Part shown: positions 1 through 9,267 of the stretch, piece by piece
Layout: each line of letters starts with the position of its first letter
How positions within the stretch are numbered: position 1 is the first letter of the stretch
Assembly: GCA_016873895.1 (NCBI GenBank)
Contig: VGVV01000002.1
Location: 100,188-164,187 of the forward strand
Direction of reading: 5' to 3'
Length of the DNA: 64,000 nt
From: Ignavibacteria bacterium
GTDB taxonomy: Bacteria > Bacteroidota > Ignavibacteria > Kapaibacteriales > Kapaibacteriaceae
Program-made: the position numbers and the translations under genes
Notes under the pieces: model-generated
Told to the model about the DNA's origin: nothing
Database searches by the model: none
What the model saw: the letters and a program-made list of their open reading frames with translations, nothing else

Positions 1-335
1 CCGCCGACGGCCTTTGCTGATTCCATGAGAGGCACAGCTAGTCGCGCGATGTCTTCATTGGAGATAAGCTCTGTGCCGATGCGAACACGTTCGTTAAAGC
101 TCCGTATATGAGGCGACGTGTAGAGTCCAACCTTGTACCCGGCCTCGACCAAGATCGAAGCGATCATGGCGCTTGTGGAGCCCTTCCCATTTGTCCCGGC
201 AAGGTGAATGATGGGGAATCGCTGCTGCGGGTTGTCGAGATCTTCACATAGATGTTCGATACGTCCCAGTCCAGGCTTGATGCCGGCATGAAACGTCATG
301 GCAAACAGTTCATCGAGAATGTGGTCGATATTCAT
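1..335 (-). CDS. folC: Folylpolyglutamate synthase/dihydrofolate synthase (Mur-ligase family), N-terminal part; gene continues beyond window start
   Basis: Minus-strand ORF starting at ATG (rc of 333-335): MNIDHILDELF...IIHLAGTNGKGST. The HLAGTNGKGST P-loop is the FolC/Mur ligase signature. The ORF runs off the left edge of the window. Confidence 0.7.
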   Translation of the reverse strand, partial: MNIDHILDELFAMTFHAGIKPGLGRIEHLCEDLDNPQQRFPIIHLAGTNGKGSTSAMIASILVEAGYKVGLYTSPHIRSFNERVRIGTELISNEDIARLAVPLMESAKAVG

Positions 336-348
336 GGTAGCAAGGTAT

Positions 349-380
349 AAAAGAAAAGGGGCGAGTAAAAACTCGCCCCC
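349..380 (-). terminator. Rho-independent terminator downstream of rpsA (minus strand)
   Basis: On the minus strand: GGGGCGAGT-TTTT-ACTCGCCCC followed by TTTTCTTTT. It lies between the rpsA stop (475) and the folC start (335). Confidence 0.65.
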
Positions 381-440
381 TTGCAGAATCTCGTTTGTGG
401 GATCACAGCACCGGACAATCACATGGGGTCGCCCCTACTG

Positions 441-478
441 TGCTCGCTGTTCGCTGCTCGCTGTTCGCTGCTCGCTAC
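441..478 (-). repeat. Heptanucleotide microsatellite (RCAGCGA)n copy A, about 5 units, starting at the first base after the rpsA TAG stop
   Basis: Plus strand reads tgctcgctgttcgctgctcgctgttcgctgctcgctac. The minus-strand sense reads TAG-CGAGCAGCGAACAGCGAGCAGCGAACAGCGAGCA, which has no T on the sense strand. Confidence 0.85.
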
Positions 479-2247
479 TCTCCAACCGGTGTGCTGTCTT
501 CGAGATCCTCGATCGTAGTTACCGTAGATGCCGAACCATCGGCATTGTACTTGTCTGCGTTCGGGACTGGATGGTTGGTGTTGTACGTTGCAATCTCTTC
601 AGCTGAGCGCCCACGGAGGAATTCTACTGCTGAGAGAACGATCTTCTTTTGTTCCTTGTCGAATTCAACAACCTTGAGTGGAAGATTGTCTCCTATGTTG
701 AAGAAATCAGAGATCGTGCGAACAGGTGCAAACGAAAGCTGAGAGACAGGAACGAATCCATCAACGCCTTGTGGCATTTCAACGATAACGCCCTTGTCGA
801 TCAGACGAACGATCTTACCTTCGGTCTCGCTACCAACAGCAAACGCATTCTCGAAGATATCCCATGGGTTTTCTGTGATTTGCTTGTGTCCGAGAGAGAT
901 GCGACGATGCTCATTATCGATAGCAAGCACAACAACTTGAATTTCATCACCCTTCTTCACAAACTCACCAGGGTGACGGATCTTCTTAGTCCACGACAAG
1001 TCTGAGATGTGAACGAGTCCATCAACTCCAGGCTCAAGTTCTATGAACACACCGAAGTTTGTGAGGTTGCGAACGATACCCTTGTGGACAGAATCCATCG
1101 GATACTTCGCCATCAAATCGTTCCATGGATCTGGCTCGAGTTGCTTCATACCGAGAGCAAGCTTGCGCTCATTCTTATCGATATTAAGAACAACAGCTTC
1201 AACTACCTGACCAAGAGATACTACCTGAGATGGGTGCTTAACATGCTGAGTCCAAGACATCTCGCTGATGTGGATGAGACCTTCTACACCCTTCTCGATT
1301 TCAATGAATGCACCATAGTCTGTGAGCGAAACAACCTTACCACGAACCCTAGCGTTTGGCTCGTAGCGCTCGCCAATTTGATCCCATGGGTGAGGTGTGA
1401 GCTGCTTCATGCCAAGCGAAATGCGCTTACGGTTCTCATCAAAGTCGAGAACAACAACCTTGACTTGCTGGTCGAGGGAAACAATTTCGCTCGGATGTGT
1501 AACGCGTCCCCACGACAAATCAGTGATGTGTACCAGACCGTCAACGCCACCGAGGTCTACAAACACACCGAAGTCTGAAATAGCCTTGACGGTGCCTTCG
1601 ACTACAAGCCCCTTCTCGAGAAGATCCAGGATCTTGCCACGCTGCTCTGCAAGTTGCTCTTCGAGAAGCACCTTATGAGAGACAACAACATTTTCACTTG
1701 GGTGGTTAACCTTGACCACGCGCACATCGATGGTTCTGCTTACCCATGAATCGAAATCACGCACAGGGCGCACGTCGATTTGGGAGCCAGGGAGGAACGC
1801 TTCGATACCAAGAAGATCTACAACCATACCGCCCTTGATTCGACGAAGGATGCGAACCTGTGTTACCGTTTGTGTTTCTGCAAGCTTGAGAATCTCTTCC
1901 CATGTCTTCATGAAGTCTGCACGGCGACGGCTGAGCATCAGACGGCCATCGCCATCTTCGATCTTCTCAACAAATACGTCTACAACTTCACCTGGGGCAA
2001 GCAGCTCTGCACCAACGAATTCTGCGCGAGGCACAACGCCAAGCGACTTGAATCCGATGTCTACAAGAATCTCGTCCTTTGTAACGGAAACGACCTTGCC
2101 GTGAACCATGTCATCGGCTTTGAGGGTCGATACTTTTGCTTCGAACAACTGGCGGAAATCGTCGTCACCCATCGCAGAAGGAGCAAGCTCGCCCGAGATG
2201 AGATCGGCAATAGCCGAGTAGTTCTTTGTTTCTACTGAATCTGACAT
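475..2247 (-). CDS. rpsA: 30S ribosomal protein S1
   Basis: Six tandem S1 domains (...GKVVSVTKDEILVDIG..., ...GTVKAISDFGVFVDLGG..., etc.). The likely start is MSDSVETKNY at 2247, which is internal to the listed 623-aa ORF. The stop is TAG at 475-477. Confidence 0.9.
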   Translation of the reverse strand: MSDSVETKNYSAIADLISGELAPSAMGDDDFRQLFEAKVSTLKADDMVHGKVVSVTKDEILVDIGFKSLGVVPRAEFVGAELLAPGEVVDVFVEKIEDGDGRLMLSRRRADFMKTWEEILKLAETQTVTQVRILRRIKGGMVVDLLGIEAFLPGSQIDVRPVRDFDSWVSRTIDVRVVKVNHPSENVVVSHKVLLEEQLAEQRGKILDLLEKGLVVEGTVKAISDFGVFVDLGGVDGLVHITDLSWGRVTHPSEIVSLDQQVKVVVLDFDENRKRISLGMKQLTPHPWDQIGERYEPNARVRGKVVSLTDYGAFIEIEKGVEGLIHISEMSWTQHVKHPSQVVSLGQVVEAVVLNIDKNERKLALGMKQLEPDPWNDLMAKYPMDSVHKGIVRNLTNFGVFIELEPGVDGLVHISDLSWTKKIRHPGEFVKKGDEIQVVVLAIDNEHRRISLGHKQITENPWDIFENAFAVGSETEGKIVRLIDKGVIVEMPQGVDGFVPVSQLSFAPVRTISDFFNIGDNLPLKVVEFDKEQKKIVLSAVEFLRGRSAEEIATYNTNHPVPNADKYNADGSASTVTTIEDLEDSTPVGE

Positions 2248-2427
2248 ACAAATACTAGTTCCACTGCGTACATGCGGCCCTCCATGTATGCTGTGGAGTT
2301 GTGTTATTGTGATACAACCCCAGGGCCCGGGAAAGACTACAAACATACGGAACTGAAGGCAATTTCATGGTGTTTAAGGGGCGAAAACATCAGGCTTATC
2401 TGGCACGAATATTGGTTGGTAGATTGT

Positions 2428-2676
2428 ATGGAATGGTTCGATGCATTCGAAGAGCTCATGACATCCATTGAGCGTTACGTGGATCAGCACGGTGAGCCCC
2501 CTCATGAAGTGGCAGTATCTCCAATGCTTTACGGTTGGCTATCGGACATCCGAAGAGAATCCGAGGCCCTAGCCGGTACGGTTCACTCAGATCCCGGAAT
2601 CATCCCAACCCCCTGGGGCAACGTCCCACTCGTAATCGACGAGGCCCTCTCGGCCCATGAAATCCTGCCGAGCTAA
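2428..2676 (+). CDS. Hypothetical small protein (about 82 aa). The start is uncertain; the listed ORF begins at 2272
   Basis: ORF MEWFDAFEELMTSIERYVDQHGEPPHEV... with no recognisable family. It is divergent from rpsA and its TAA stop directly abuts repeat copy B. Confidence 0.3.
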   Translation: MEWFDAFEELMTSIERYVDQHGEPPHEVAVSPMLYGWLSDIRRESEALAGTVHSDPGIIPTPWGNVPLVIDEALSAHEILPS

Positions 2677-2719
2677 GCAGCGAACAGCGAGCAGAGAGCA
2701 GCGAACAGCGAACAGCGAG
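2677..2719 (+). repeat. Heptanucleotide microsatellite (RCAGCGA)n copy B, 6 units, starting at the first base after the TAA stop of the 2428-2676 ORF
   Basis: GCAGCGA ACAGCGA GCAGAGA GCAGCGA ACAGCGA ACAGCGA. It is the reverse complement of copy A. It is followed by a pyrimidine-rich tract (ccgtaccccgtacctagtacctag) before tRNA-Arg. Confidence 0.85.
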
Positions 2720-2786
2720 TCTATCCTGTAACTCCCGTACCCCGTACCTAGTACCTAGTCCCCAAAATTGGTATTTTGCGCCTCAC

Positions 2787-2860
2787 GCGCCCATAGCTCA
2801 GTTGGATAGAGCAGCAGCCTTCTAAGCTGCGGGCCGCAGGTTCGAATCCTGCTGGGCGCG
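2787..2860 (+). tRNA. tRNA-Arg (anticodon TCT)
   Basis: The 74-nt sequence folds as a cloverleaf: acceptor GCGCCCA/TGGGCGC, D-arm GCTC-AGTTGGATA-GAGC, anticodon stem GCAGC/GCTGC with loop CTTCTAA (anticodon TCT), T-arm GCAGG-TTCGAATC-CTGC. CCA is not encoded. Confidence 0.85.
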
Positions 2861-2881
2861 CTCATAGCTTGAGTGCTGCAC

Positions 2882-4180
2882 ATGAAAGGGACATCAATGG
2901 GCTATATGAGTGGATTTGGCAATGAATTTGCCACCGAAGCTGTCAAGGGTGCTCTGCCTGAAGGGCGAAATTCGCCGCAGAAACCGGCGTTGGGACTCTA
3001 TGCAGAGCAGCTTTCAGGAACCGCATTCACCGCGCCGCGCACTGCAAATAAGCGCACGTGGATGTATCGTATTCGTCCGTCTGTGGTGCACAAGCCATAC
3101 GAGCGTATCGATAATGGGCTGATCCGTTCAACGCCGTTTGCCGAAGTGGAGACAACACCAAATCAGCTTCGTTGGAGCGCCATAGCAATCCCTACAAAGC
3201 CAACAACATTTGTTCAAGGCATCGTGACGTTGGCAGGCAATGGCGATCTAACCACGCATTCGGGCTGTGCCATACATGTGTATGCTGCCAATGCGTCGAT
3301 GACAGACTCGTTCTTCTACAACGCCGACGGGGAAATGCTTATCGTGCCACAGGAGGGCTCGCTCAAGATTCTTACCGAGCTCGGCATCATAGACGTAGAG
3401 ACCTACGAGATCTGTGTGATTCCGCGCGGGATCAAGTTTCGTGTAGAAGTCTCCGGGGGTGTTCGAGGATACATTCTCGAGAATTACGGTGCCTTGTTGA
3501 AGTTGCCAGACCTCGGGCCGATTGGAGCTAATGGACTGGCATATCCACGTGATTTTCTGACGCCCGAAGCATGGTTTGAGAATCGCACTGGTGAGTTCAA
3601 GGTTGTTGCAAAGTTTCAGGGCAACCTATGGCAAGGCACCTATGACCATTCGCCGCTTAACGTGGTGGCATGGCACGGCAATTATGCGCCATACAAGTAC
3701 GACTTGCGCAAGTATCAGTGCATCAACACAGTAACATTCGATCACCCAGATCCCTCGATCTATACGGTACTAACTGCGCCAACCGATACGCCGGGTACGG
3801 CGAACATCGACTTTGTATGTTTCCCGCCGCGTTGGATGGTTGCCGAGGATACATTCCGTCCACCATGGTTCCACCGCAACTTCATGAATGAGTTCATGGG
3901 GCTTATCGATGGCATGTATGACGCCAAGGAGGGCGGAGGATTTGTGCCGGGTGGCTCGTCTCTGCATAACTGTATGAGCGGTCATGGTCCTGATGCCGAT
4001 ACCTACAAGAAAATGTCAGAAGTAGAATTGAAGCCTACGAAGATCGATGGAACTATGGCGTTTATGTTTGAAACGCGCTTTGTGTGCCGTCCGACTGCAT
4101 TTGCAATGCAATGTGCAGAGCTTCAAAACGACTATTGGGAATGTTGGCAAGGCCTAGTGCCTGAATTCACGCAGAAGTAA
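2882..4180 (+). CDS. hmgA: Homogentisate 1,2-dioxygenase
   Basis: The 435-aa ORF contains the [12 protein letters not shown]-terminal motif and HGD-family conservation throughout. The tRNA ends at 2860, so the true start must be one of the in-frame ATGs at 2882, 2897 or 2906, not 2873. Confidence 0.85.
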   Translation: MKGTSMGYMSGFGNEFATEAVKGALPEGRNSPQKPALGLYAEQLSGTAFTAPRTANKRTWMYRIRPSVVHKPYERIDNGLIRSTPFAEVETTPNQLRWSAIAIPTKPTTFVQGIVTLAGNGDLTTHSGCAIHVYAANASMTDSFFYNADGEMLIVPQEGSLKILTELGIIDVETYEICVIPRGIKFRVEVSGGVRGYILENYGALLKLPDLGPIGANGLAYPRDFLTPEAWFENRTGEFKVVAKFQGNLWQGTYDHSPLNVVAWHGNYAPYKYDLRKYQCINTVTFDHPDPSIYTVLTAPTDTPGTANIDFVCFPPRWMVAEDTFRPPWFHRNFMNEFMGLIDGMYDAKEGGGFVPGGSSLHNCMSGHGPDADTYKKMSEVELKPTKIDGTMAFMFETRFVCRPTAFAMQCAELQNDYWECWQGLVPEFTQK

Positions 4181-4213
4181 TGTATATTTGCACCCCTCAA
4201 CAATGAAGAATAC

Positions 4214-4312
4214 ACGGCCAAGTCCCGTGCGATTGTGTCAGTCCCAACTCCGCCAGGTCCGGAAGGAAGCAACGGTCAGCTCGTACACAATGCGCCACGG
4301 TCAACTTGGCCT
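4214..4312 (+). ncRNA. ffs: Signal recognition particle RNA (small 4.5S type)
   Basis: Contains the universally conserved domain-IV motif CCAGGUCCGGAAGGAAGCAAC. A terminal helix (GGCCAAGU...ACUUGGCC) closes it and is followed by a CUCUUUUUUU terminator tail. Confidence 0.75.
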
Positions 4313-4322
4313 CTTTTTTTAG

Positions 4323-5918
4323 ATGCTACGCAGAATCCTCATTAACGCCACTTCGTCTCACCTTCGAATTGCAATTACCGAAGATGGCAAGTTGGTTGAG
4401 CTGTTCACCGAATCGCCAGATACTGAGCACCATGTTGGGAATATCTACCTCGGTAGGGTAACGCGCGTTGTTCAGGGTATGAATGCTGCCTTTGTCAATA
4501 TTGGACTTGAGCAGGATGGGTTTTTACATTTCAGCGATGTCGATTCAACAATGGAAGAGGACGCATCAGATGATGATGAAGATGAACGTCCTGGATCTAC
4601 CGAGGTACAATCTGCAAGCATAGCGCTGCGTACCTCAAAGGTTGAATCGCGAAAGAAAAAGCCAACATTCTCTACAAAGCGTAGCGGCGAGATAACGATT
4701 AACATCCATGCAAAGCAGATGGTTGTGGTGCAGGTTACGCGCGATGCCTATCACCAGAAGGGTGTGCGCATCACGACAAAGGTTGGTCTAACGGGACGTA
4801 ACGTTGTCCTACTGCCGTTTGAAAGTAGCATCGGAATCTCTCGAAAAATCTATCAAACAAAAGAGCGCAAACGCCTACGTGCAATTGCTAAGTCAATCAT
4901 ACCAGAAGGTATGGGTTGTATCATCCGAACGGCTGCCGCTGGCTTGCCCGAGGAAGACGTGGCACGTGACTTTCAGACGCTGGTGCGAGACTGGCAAGAG
5001 ATCGAACGTGATGTGCGATCGGCCACAGAACCCATGCTTCTCCATCAAGAAGCAGGCATGACGCACAGCGTGATACGCGATCTGATGAAGGATGATGTGG
5101 CCCAGGTAGTGGTCGATGATCGCAAGGTCTACCGCGATCTCAAGGCATACATGGAGAAGACAGCGCCACACCTGTTAAGCCGACTTGAGTTCTTCGCCGA
5201 TACACGTCCGATGTTTGATGTATACGGGGTCGAGCGTGATGTACATCTGACACATTCACGTAAGGTACCACTGCCAAGTGGCGGACACTTGATACTTGAC
5301 CACACAGAGGCAATGGTGGTCGTGGATGTGAACTCTGGTCGTGCTTCAAACGAACGCACGCAGGAGGCCAACGCTGTTAAGACCAATTTCGAAGCTCTCA
5401 AAGAGGTAGCTCGGCAGATGCGTCTGCGTGATATTGGTGGAATGGTTCTGATCGATTTTATCGATATGCAGCAGGAAGACAACCGCCGAAGACTTATCAC
5501 AGAAATGAAGAAGGAAACTTCGCGAGATCGCGCGAAAGTTGTGGTGTACCCTCTTACCCAGCTCGGCATCCTCCAGGTTACGCGTCAACGAATTCGCCAG
5601 AGTATGGCCGAACGTACGAGCGAAGAATGTCCGTTCTGTCTTGGCACAGGTAAGGTACTCTCTGCAGCCAGTGTTGTAAGCGACATTGACCGCTGGTTGC
5701 GCAAGTTTAGAGCCGGAACCTGGGCCATGCGGGTTACGATTGCTACGCACCCCTACATCGTACATTATATCGAGCGTAACAAGCAACAGACACTACGAAA
5801 GTGGCTTCGGTCGTATTTTCTGCGTGTTCGTCTCAAGGAAGACGATTCCATCGAAGCGGGTGAGTTCCGATGCTTCGTTCCTGGGTCGGCGAAAGACATC
5901 ACACGACAGTATCAGTAA
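4323..5918 (+). CDS. Ribonuclease E/G family endoribonuclease (RNase G-like, 531 aa)
   Basis: N-terminal S1 domain (GNIYLGRVTRVVQGMNAAFVNIG) and the Rne/Rng catalytic core (DFIDM, LTQLG). It contains an acidic low-complexity insert (EEDASDDDEDE). Confidence 0.85.
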   Translation: MLRRILINATSSHLRIAITEDGKLVELFTESPDTEHHVGNIYLGRVTRVVQGMNAAFVNIGLEQDGFLHFSDVDSTMEEDASDDDEDERPGSTEVQSASIALRTSKVESRKKKPTFSTKRSGEITINIHAKQMVVVQVTRDAYHQKGVRITTKVGLTGRNVVLLPFESSIGISRKIYQTKERKRLRAIAKSIIPEGMGCIIRTAAAGLPEEDVARDFQTLVRDWQEIERDVRSATEPMLLHQEAGMTHSVIRDLMKDDVAQVVVDDRKVYRDLKAYMEKTAPHLLSRLEFFADTRPMFDVYGVERDVHLTHSRKVPLPSGGHLILDHTEAMVVVDVNSGRASNERTQEANAVKTNFEALKEVARQMRLRDIGGMVLIDFIDMQQEDNRRRLITEMKKETSRDRAKVVVYPLTQLGILQVTRQRIRQSMAERTSEECPFCLGTGKVLSAASVVSDIDRWLRKFRAGTWAMRVTIATHPYIVHYIERNKQQTLRKWLRSYFLRVRLKEDDSIEAGEFRCFVPGSAKDITRQYQ

Positions 5919-7093
5919 TGACCGATCTTCAGAACGCCTCCGTTACCATCCTCGGCTCTACCGGTTCGATAGGTACCCAAGCACTCGATATTCTCGAGCG
6001 CTCTGGAAAGGGGCAGGCATTACGGTGGATTACATGCAACACGAAGTGGCAGCTGCTTGCTGAGCAGGTAGAAAAGTTCTCGCCAAATGGCGTAGCCATT
6101 CGCGAAGAGCAAGCCTGGCGCGAATTCAAGGACGCAATGCCACGGTATACTGGCAGAGTTCTTTGCGGTGATGATGGAATTTGCGAGGCTGCAGCCGATT
6201 CAGAAAATCGAGTTGTCCTGTCAGCCATGGTGGGTTTCAGCGGCGTGCTTCCAACTTTGGCAGCAATCAAAGCCGGACATACCATTGGCCTTGCGAACAA
6301 GGAATCGCTTGTTAGCGCTGGCTCGATATTGATGCCTGCCGTTGATACCTATGGTGCTAAACTTCTGGCCGTTGACTCAGAACACAGCGCGATTCTGCAG
6401 TGTGTTGTAGGCGAGCGCAGGGATGATCTCGAGAAGGTAATCATCACCGCCTCGGGTGGCCCCTTCCGCACCTATACACACGAACAACTGCAACATGTGA
6501 CTGCCGCACAGGCACTGAAACACCCCAATTGGGACATGGGTGCTAAGATCACGATTGATTCGGCTACGCTGATGAACAAGGGGTTTGAGGTTATCGAGGC
6601 TTTTTGGCTCTTCGGACTTCGTGCAGACCAGATTGACGTTGTGATTCATCCACAATCGATCATCCATTCGATGGTGCAGTTTGTTGACGGATCGGTTAAA
6701 GCGCAAATGGGCGTTCCTACGATGTTGGTTCCAATCCAGTATGCGCTTACGTACCCGCGGAGAACTCCGCTCGACATACCACGCATGGATCTTGCCTCGA
6801 TGGGGCAACTCACGTTTGAGTCGCCAGATACAGAGAGGTTCCCATGTCTTGCCCTCGCGTATGAAGTGATGCGCCAAGGGGGCACGTCAGGAGCTGCTGT
6901 GAACGCTGCAAACGAGATTGCTGTTGAAGCGTTTTTGCAGGGTCGTTTGCGTTTTCGTGATATCCCTGCAACGATTGAGCACGTGCTTCATCACATGGAA
7001 CACGTCACTCATCCGTCATTAGCCGACATCGTGAGCATTGATGCAGAATCACGAAGGATTGCTCACGACTTTGCACATCGACATCAACTCTAA
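5918..7093 (+). CDS. dxr: 1-deoxy-D-xylulose 5-phosphate reductoisomerase
   Basis: ILGSTGSIGTQALDI NADPH-binding motif and full-length DXR similarity. The start at MTDLQ overlaps the RNase G stop as TAATG. Confidence 0.9.
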   Translation: MTDLQNASVTILGSTGSIGTQALDILERSGKGQALRWITCNTKWQLLAEQVEKFSPNGVAIREEQAWREFKDAMPRYTGRVLCGDDGICEAAADSENRVVLSAMVGFSGVLPTLAAIKAGHTIGLANKESLVSAGSILMPAVDTYGAKLLAVDSEHSAILQCVVGERRDDLEKVIITASGGPFRTYTHEQLQHVTAAQALKHPNWDMGAKITIDSATLMNKGFEVIEAFWLFGLRADQIDVVIHPQSIIHSMVQFVDGSVKAQMGVPTMLVPIQYALTYPRRTPLDIPRMDLASMGQLTFESPDTERFPCLALAYEVMRQGGTSGAAVNAANEIAVEAFLQGRLRFRDIPATIEHVLHHMEHVTHPSLADIVSIDAESRRIAHDFAHRHQL

Positions 7094-7099
7094 AGATTT

Positions 7100-8473
7100 A
7101 TGGACATCTTCAATAACATACTCTCCTTCATCATCGTCATCGGCATTCTCGTCTTTGTGCACGAGCTCGGACACTTCTTGGCTGCACTCTGGACGGGTAT
7201 GCGGGCAGATGTGTTTGCCCTTGGCATGGGACCACGTGTACTTGGATGGAATAAGCTCAACGGTTTTACGTTCGGCAAGCTTTCCGAAGATGTGCAATCA
7301 CAGCTCGGTGTCCAAACGGACTACCGACTATGTGCTCTACCGATAGGCGGCTATGTGAAGATTCTCGGAATGGTTGATGAGTCGATGGACAACGAGTTCG
7401 CAACGCAGGCCCCCGAGCCATATGAGTTTCGATCCAAGGGTGCTCTTGCACGGGCATTCGTATTGTCTGCCGGCGTGATCATGAACCTGCTTCTAGCTAT
7501 TGCTTTTTTCTGGACAGTGCTGGTGGTTTACGGACGCGAGGATGTTGCCACAACCACGATTGGCTATGTTGAGCAGGGATCTCTCGCAGATTCACTTGGC
7601 TTCCGCGACGCGGATGTTATCACATCGGTAGACGGCGCAACATTTGGCGAATGGGGTAGCGTTACAGAGGCACTTATTAGTCTCGAGAAGACTGCTCCGA
7701 GGAACGTTATCGTCAGGAGAAATGGTACTCAAGTGCTCATCACGGTGCCATCCGAACGAGTTGTTACAGCAATTGCTGAGCAGCGAGATCTTGGATTCTA
7801 TCCCGAAGGCGTCTCCGTAAAGATTGCAGGCGTGATGAAACATTCACCCGCAGAGCGCGCCAAACTTGCCAATGGAGACATCGTACTAGAGGTAAATGGA
7901 GCACGCCTTGGAGCCGTTACTCAACTGCAGAAGGCCATAAAGGCTCGAGGTGGTTCATTAATCATTCTCACTGTGAAGCGCGGCGCTGAGACTCTGCCAA
8001 TTAGCGTAGATGTTCCGAAGAACGGTCCTATCGGTGTTCAGTTAACTGGAGACTTCGTTGGACGTCGGACAAAGGTGACGTATTCACCTGTGACTGCAAT
8101 CAACATGGCATGGTCGCGAACAGTTGCTACCATTGGTGCGTTTATTTCTTCGGTAGCACATGTTATTGAGGGTACACTCACTGTTAAGCAGACGTTTGGC
8201 GGGCCTATACGTATTGCTCAGATGGCAGGGGAGCAATCCTCCGCCGGACTCGATGCATTCCTGATCTTCATGGCCGGGCTCTCTGTATCTCTCGCGGTAA
8301 TCAATCTCCTGCCGCTGCCGGGTCTTGACGGTGGACACCTCATGTTTGTGCTCATAGAGTCTATCATTCGACGGGAAATCTCAACCGCTATTAAGATTCG
8401 CGTGCAGCAAGTTGGTATGGCGTTGTTGCTCTCACTAATGGCATACATCTTCTATCTCGATCTCACGCGATAA
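7100..8473 (+). CDS. rseP: RIP zinc metalloprotease RseP (site-2 protease) with PDZ domains
   Basis: HELGHFLAA HExxH motif in TM1, two PDZ-like segments, and the C-terminal LPLPGLDGG motif. Confidence 0.9.
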   Translation: MDIFNNILSFIIVIGILVFVHELGHFLAALWTGMRADVFALGMGPRVLGWNKLNGFTFGKLSEDVQSQLGVQTDYRLCALPIGGYVKILGMVDESMDNEFATQAPEPYEFRSKGALARAFVLSAGVIMNLLLAIAFFWTVLVVYGREDVATTTIGYVEQGSLADSLGFRDADVITSVDGATFGEWGSVTEALISLEKTAPRNVIVRRNGTQVLITVPSERVVTAIAEQRDLGFYPEGVSVKIAGVMKHSPAERAKLANGDIVLEVNGARLGAVTQLQKAIKARGGSLIILTVKRGAETLPISVDVPKNGPIGVQLTGDFVGRRTKVTYSPVTAINMAWSRTVATIGAFISSVAHVIEGTLTVKQTFGGPIRIAQMAGEQSSAGLDAFLIFMAGLSVSLAVINLLPLPGLDGGHLMFVLIESIIRREISTAIKIRVQQVGMALLLSLMAYIFYLDLTR

Positions 8474-8478
8474 GGGGC

Positions 8479-9267
8479 TTGCACGTGTATATTCTGGTTA
8501 CCAACGACGATGGTATTGATTCAGCCGGTATTCATGCACTCGTGCATGTAATGCGTAGGCTAGGCGAGGTTGTTGTTGTTGCACCCGACAGACAACAAAG
8601 CGCTGTGGGACATGCATTAACGGTCTCAAGTCCGTTGCGCGCCACGCCCTTTCACCGAGATGGTGAGATGTTCGGATATGCCATCAACGGTACGCCTGCA
8701 GACTGCGTTAAGCTTGGAGTGAGTACGCTACTGGAACGTCGACCTGACATCGTCGTTAGTGGAATCAATCATGGCTCTAATGCCAGCGTAAATGCCATCT
8801 ACTCAGGTACAGTAAGCGCAGCCACGGAAGGTACACTGATGGGTATCCCATCAATGGCTGTTTCGCATACAAGCTTCGATCATCGTGCCGATATGACTCT
8901 TGCCGCTGAAGTTGCCTACACAGTGGCCTCGCGCCTTTTGGATCTGCATCTGCCGGCAGGCACGCTGCTGAATGTGAATGTGCCCGATGTAGACCGTTCC
9001 TCGTTCAAGGGGTACCGCATTGCGCGGCAGGGCTACAGCGAATGGAAAGACGCCTACGATACACGTATGGACCCCCAAGGTAGGCCATACTATTGGCTCT
9101 CTGGTGAGTTCGTTACCATCCAAGAACATGCAGACGCAGATGACCTTCTTGTTGCAGAGGGCTGGGCTGCCATTACCCCAATTCACTACGAGTTAACAAA
9201 CTTCGCATACCTCGAGCGGCTGCAGGCACATCCAGTGGTTGCAGAGATTTGTGCCTCTAATCGGTGA
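8479..9267 (+). CDS. surE: 5'/3'-nucleotidase SurE
   Basis: N-terminal ILVTNDDGIDSAGI motif and SurE-family conservation across 262 aa. Confidence 0.85.
   Translation: MHVYILVTNDDGIDSAGIHALVHVMRRLGEVVVVAPDRQQSAVGHALTVSSPLRATPFHRDGEMFGYAINGTPADCVKLGVSTLLERRPDIVVSGINHGSNASVNAIYSGTVSAATEGTLMGIPSMAVSHTSFDHRADMTLAAEVAYTVASRLLDLHLPAGTLLNVNVPDVDRSSFKGYRIARQGYSEWKDAYDTRMDPQGRPYYWLSGEFVTIQEHADADDLLVAEGWAAITPIHYELTNFAYLERLQAHPVVAEICASNR

Noticed and set aside
1009-2238. Long plus-strand ORFs (189, 152, 130 aa) inside the rpsA region
   Set aside because: They are antisense to the strongly conserved S1 gene, have no homology signal, and are typical shadow ORFs.
441-2719. The (RCAGCGA)n tracts considered as a CRISPR array or as REP/terminator hairpins
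   Set aside because: The units are 7 nt and directly contiguous with no spacers, and the three copies are dispersed, so this is not a CRISPR array. They are direct repeats with no self-complementarity, so they are not hairpins.
475-2719. Conserved peptide AANSEQR encoded in frame after three stop codons, suggesting readthrough extensions or a tmRNA-like tag
   Set aside because: A 7-nt DNA repeat encodes the same cyclic heptapeptide in all three frames because 7 and 3 are coprime. The in-frame similarity is therefore an arithmetic consequence, not evidence of translation.
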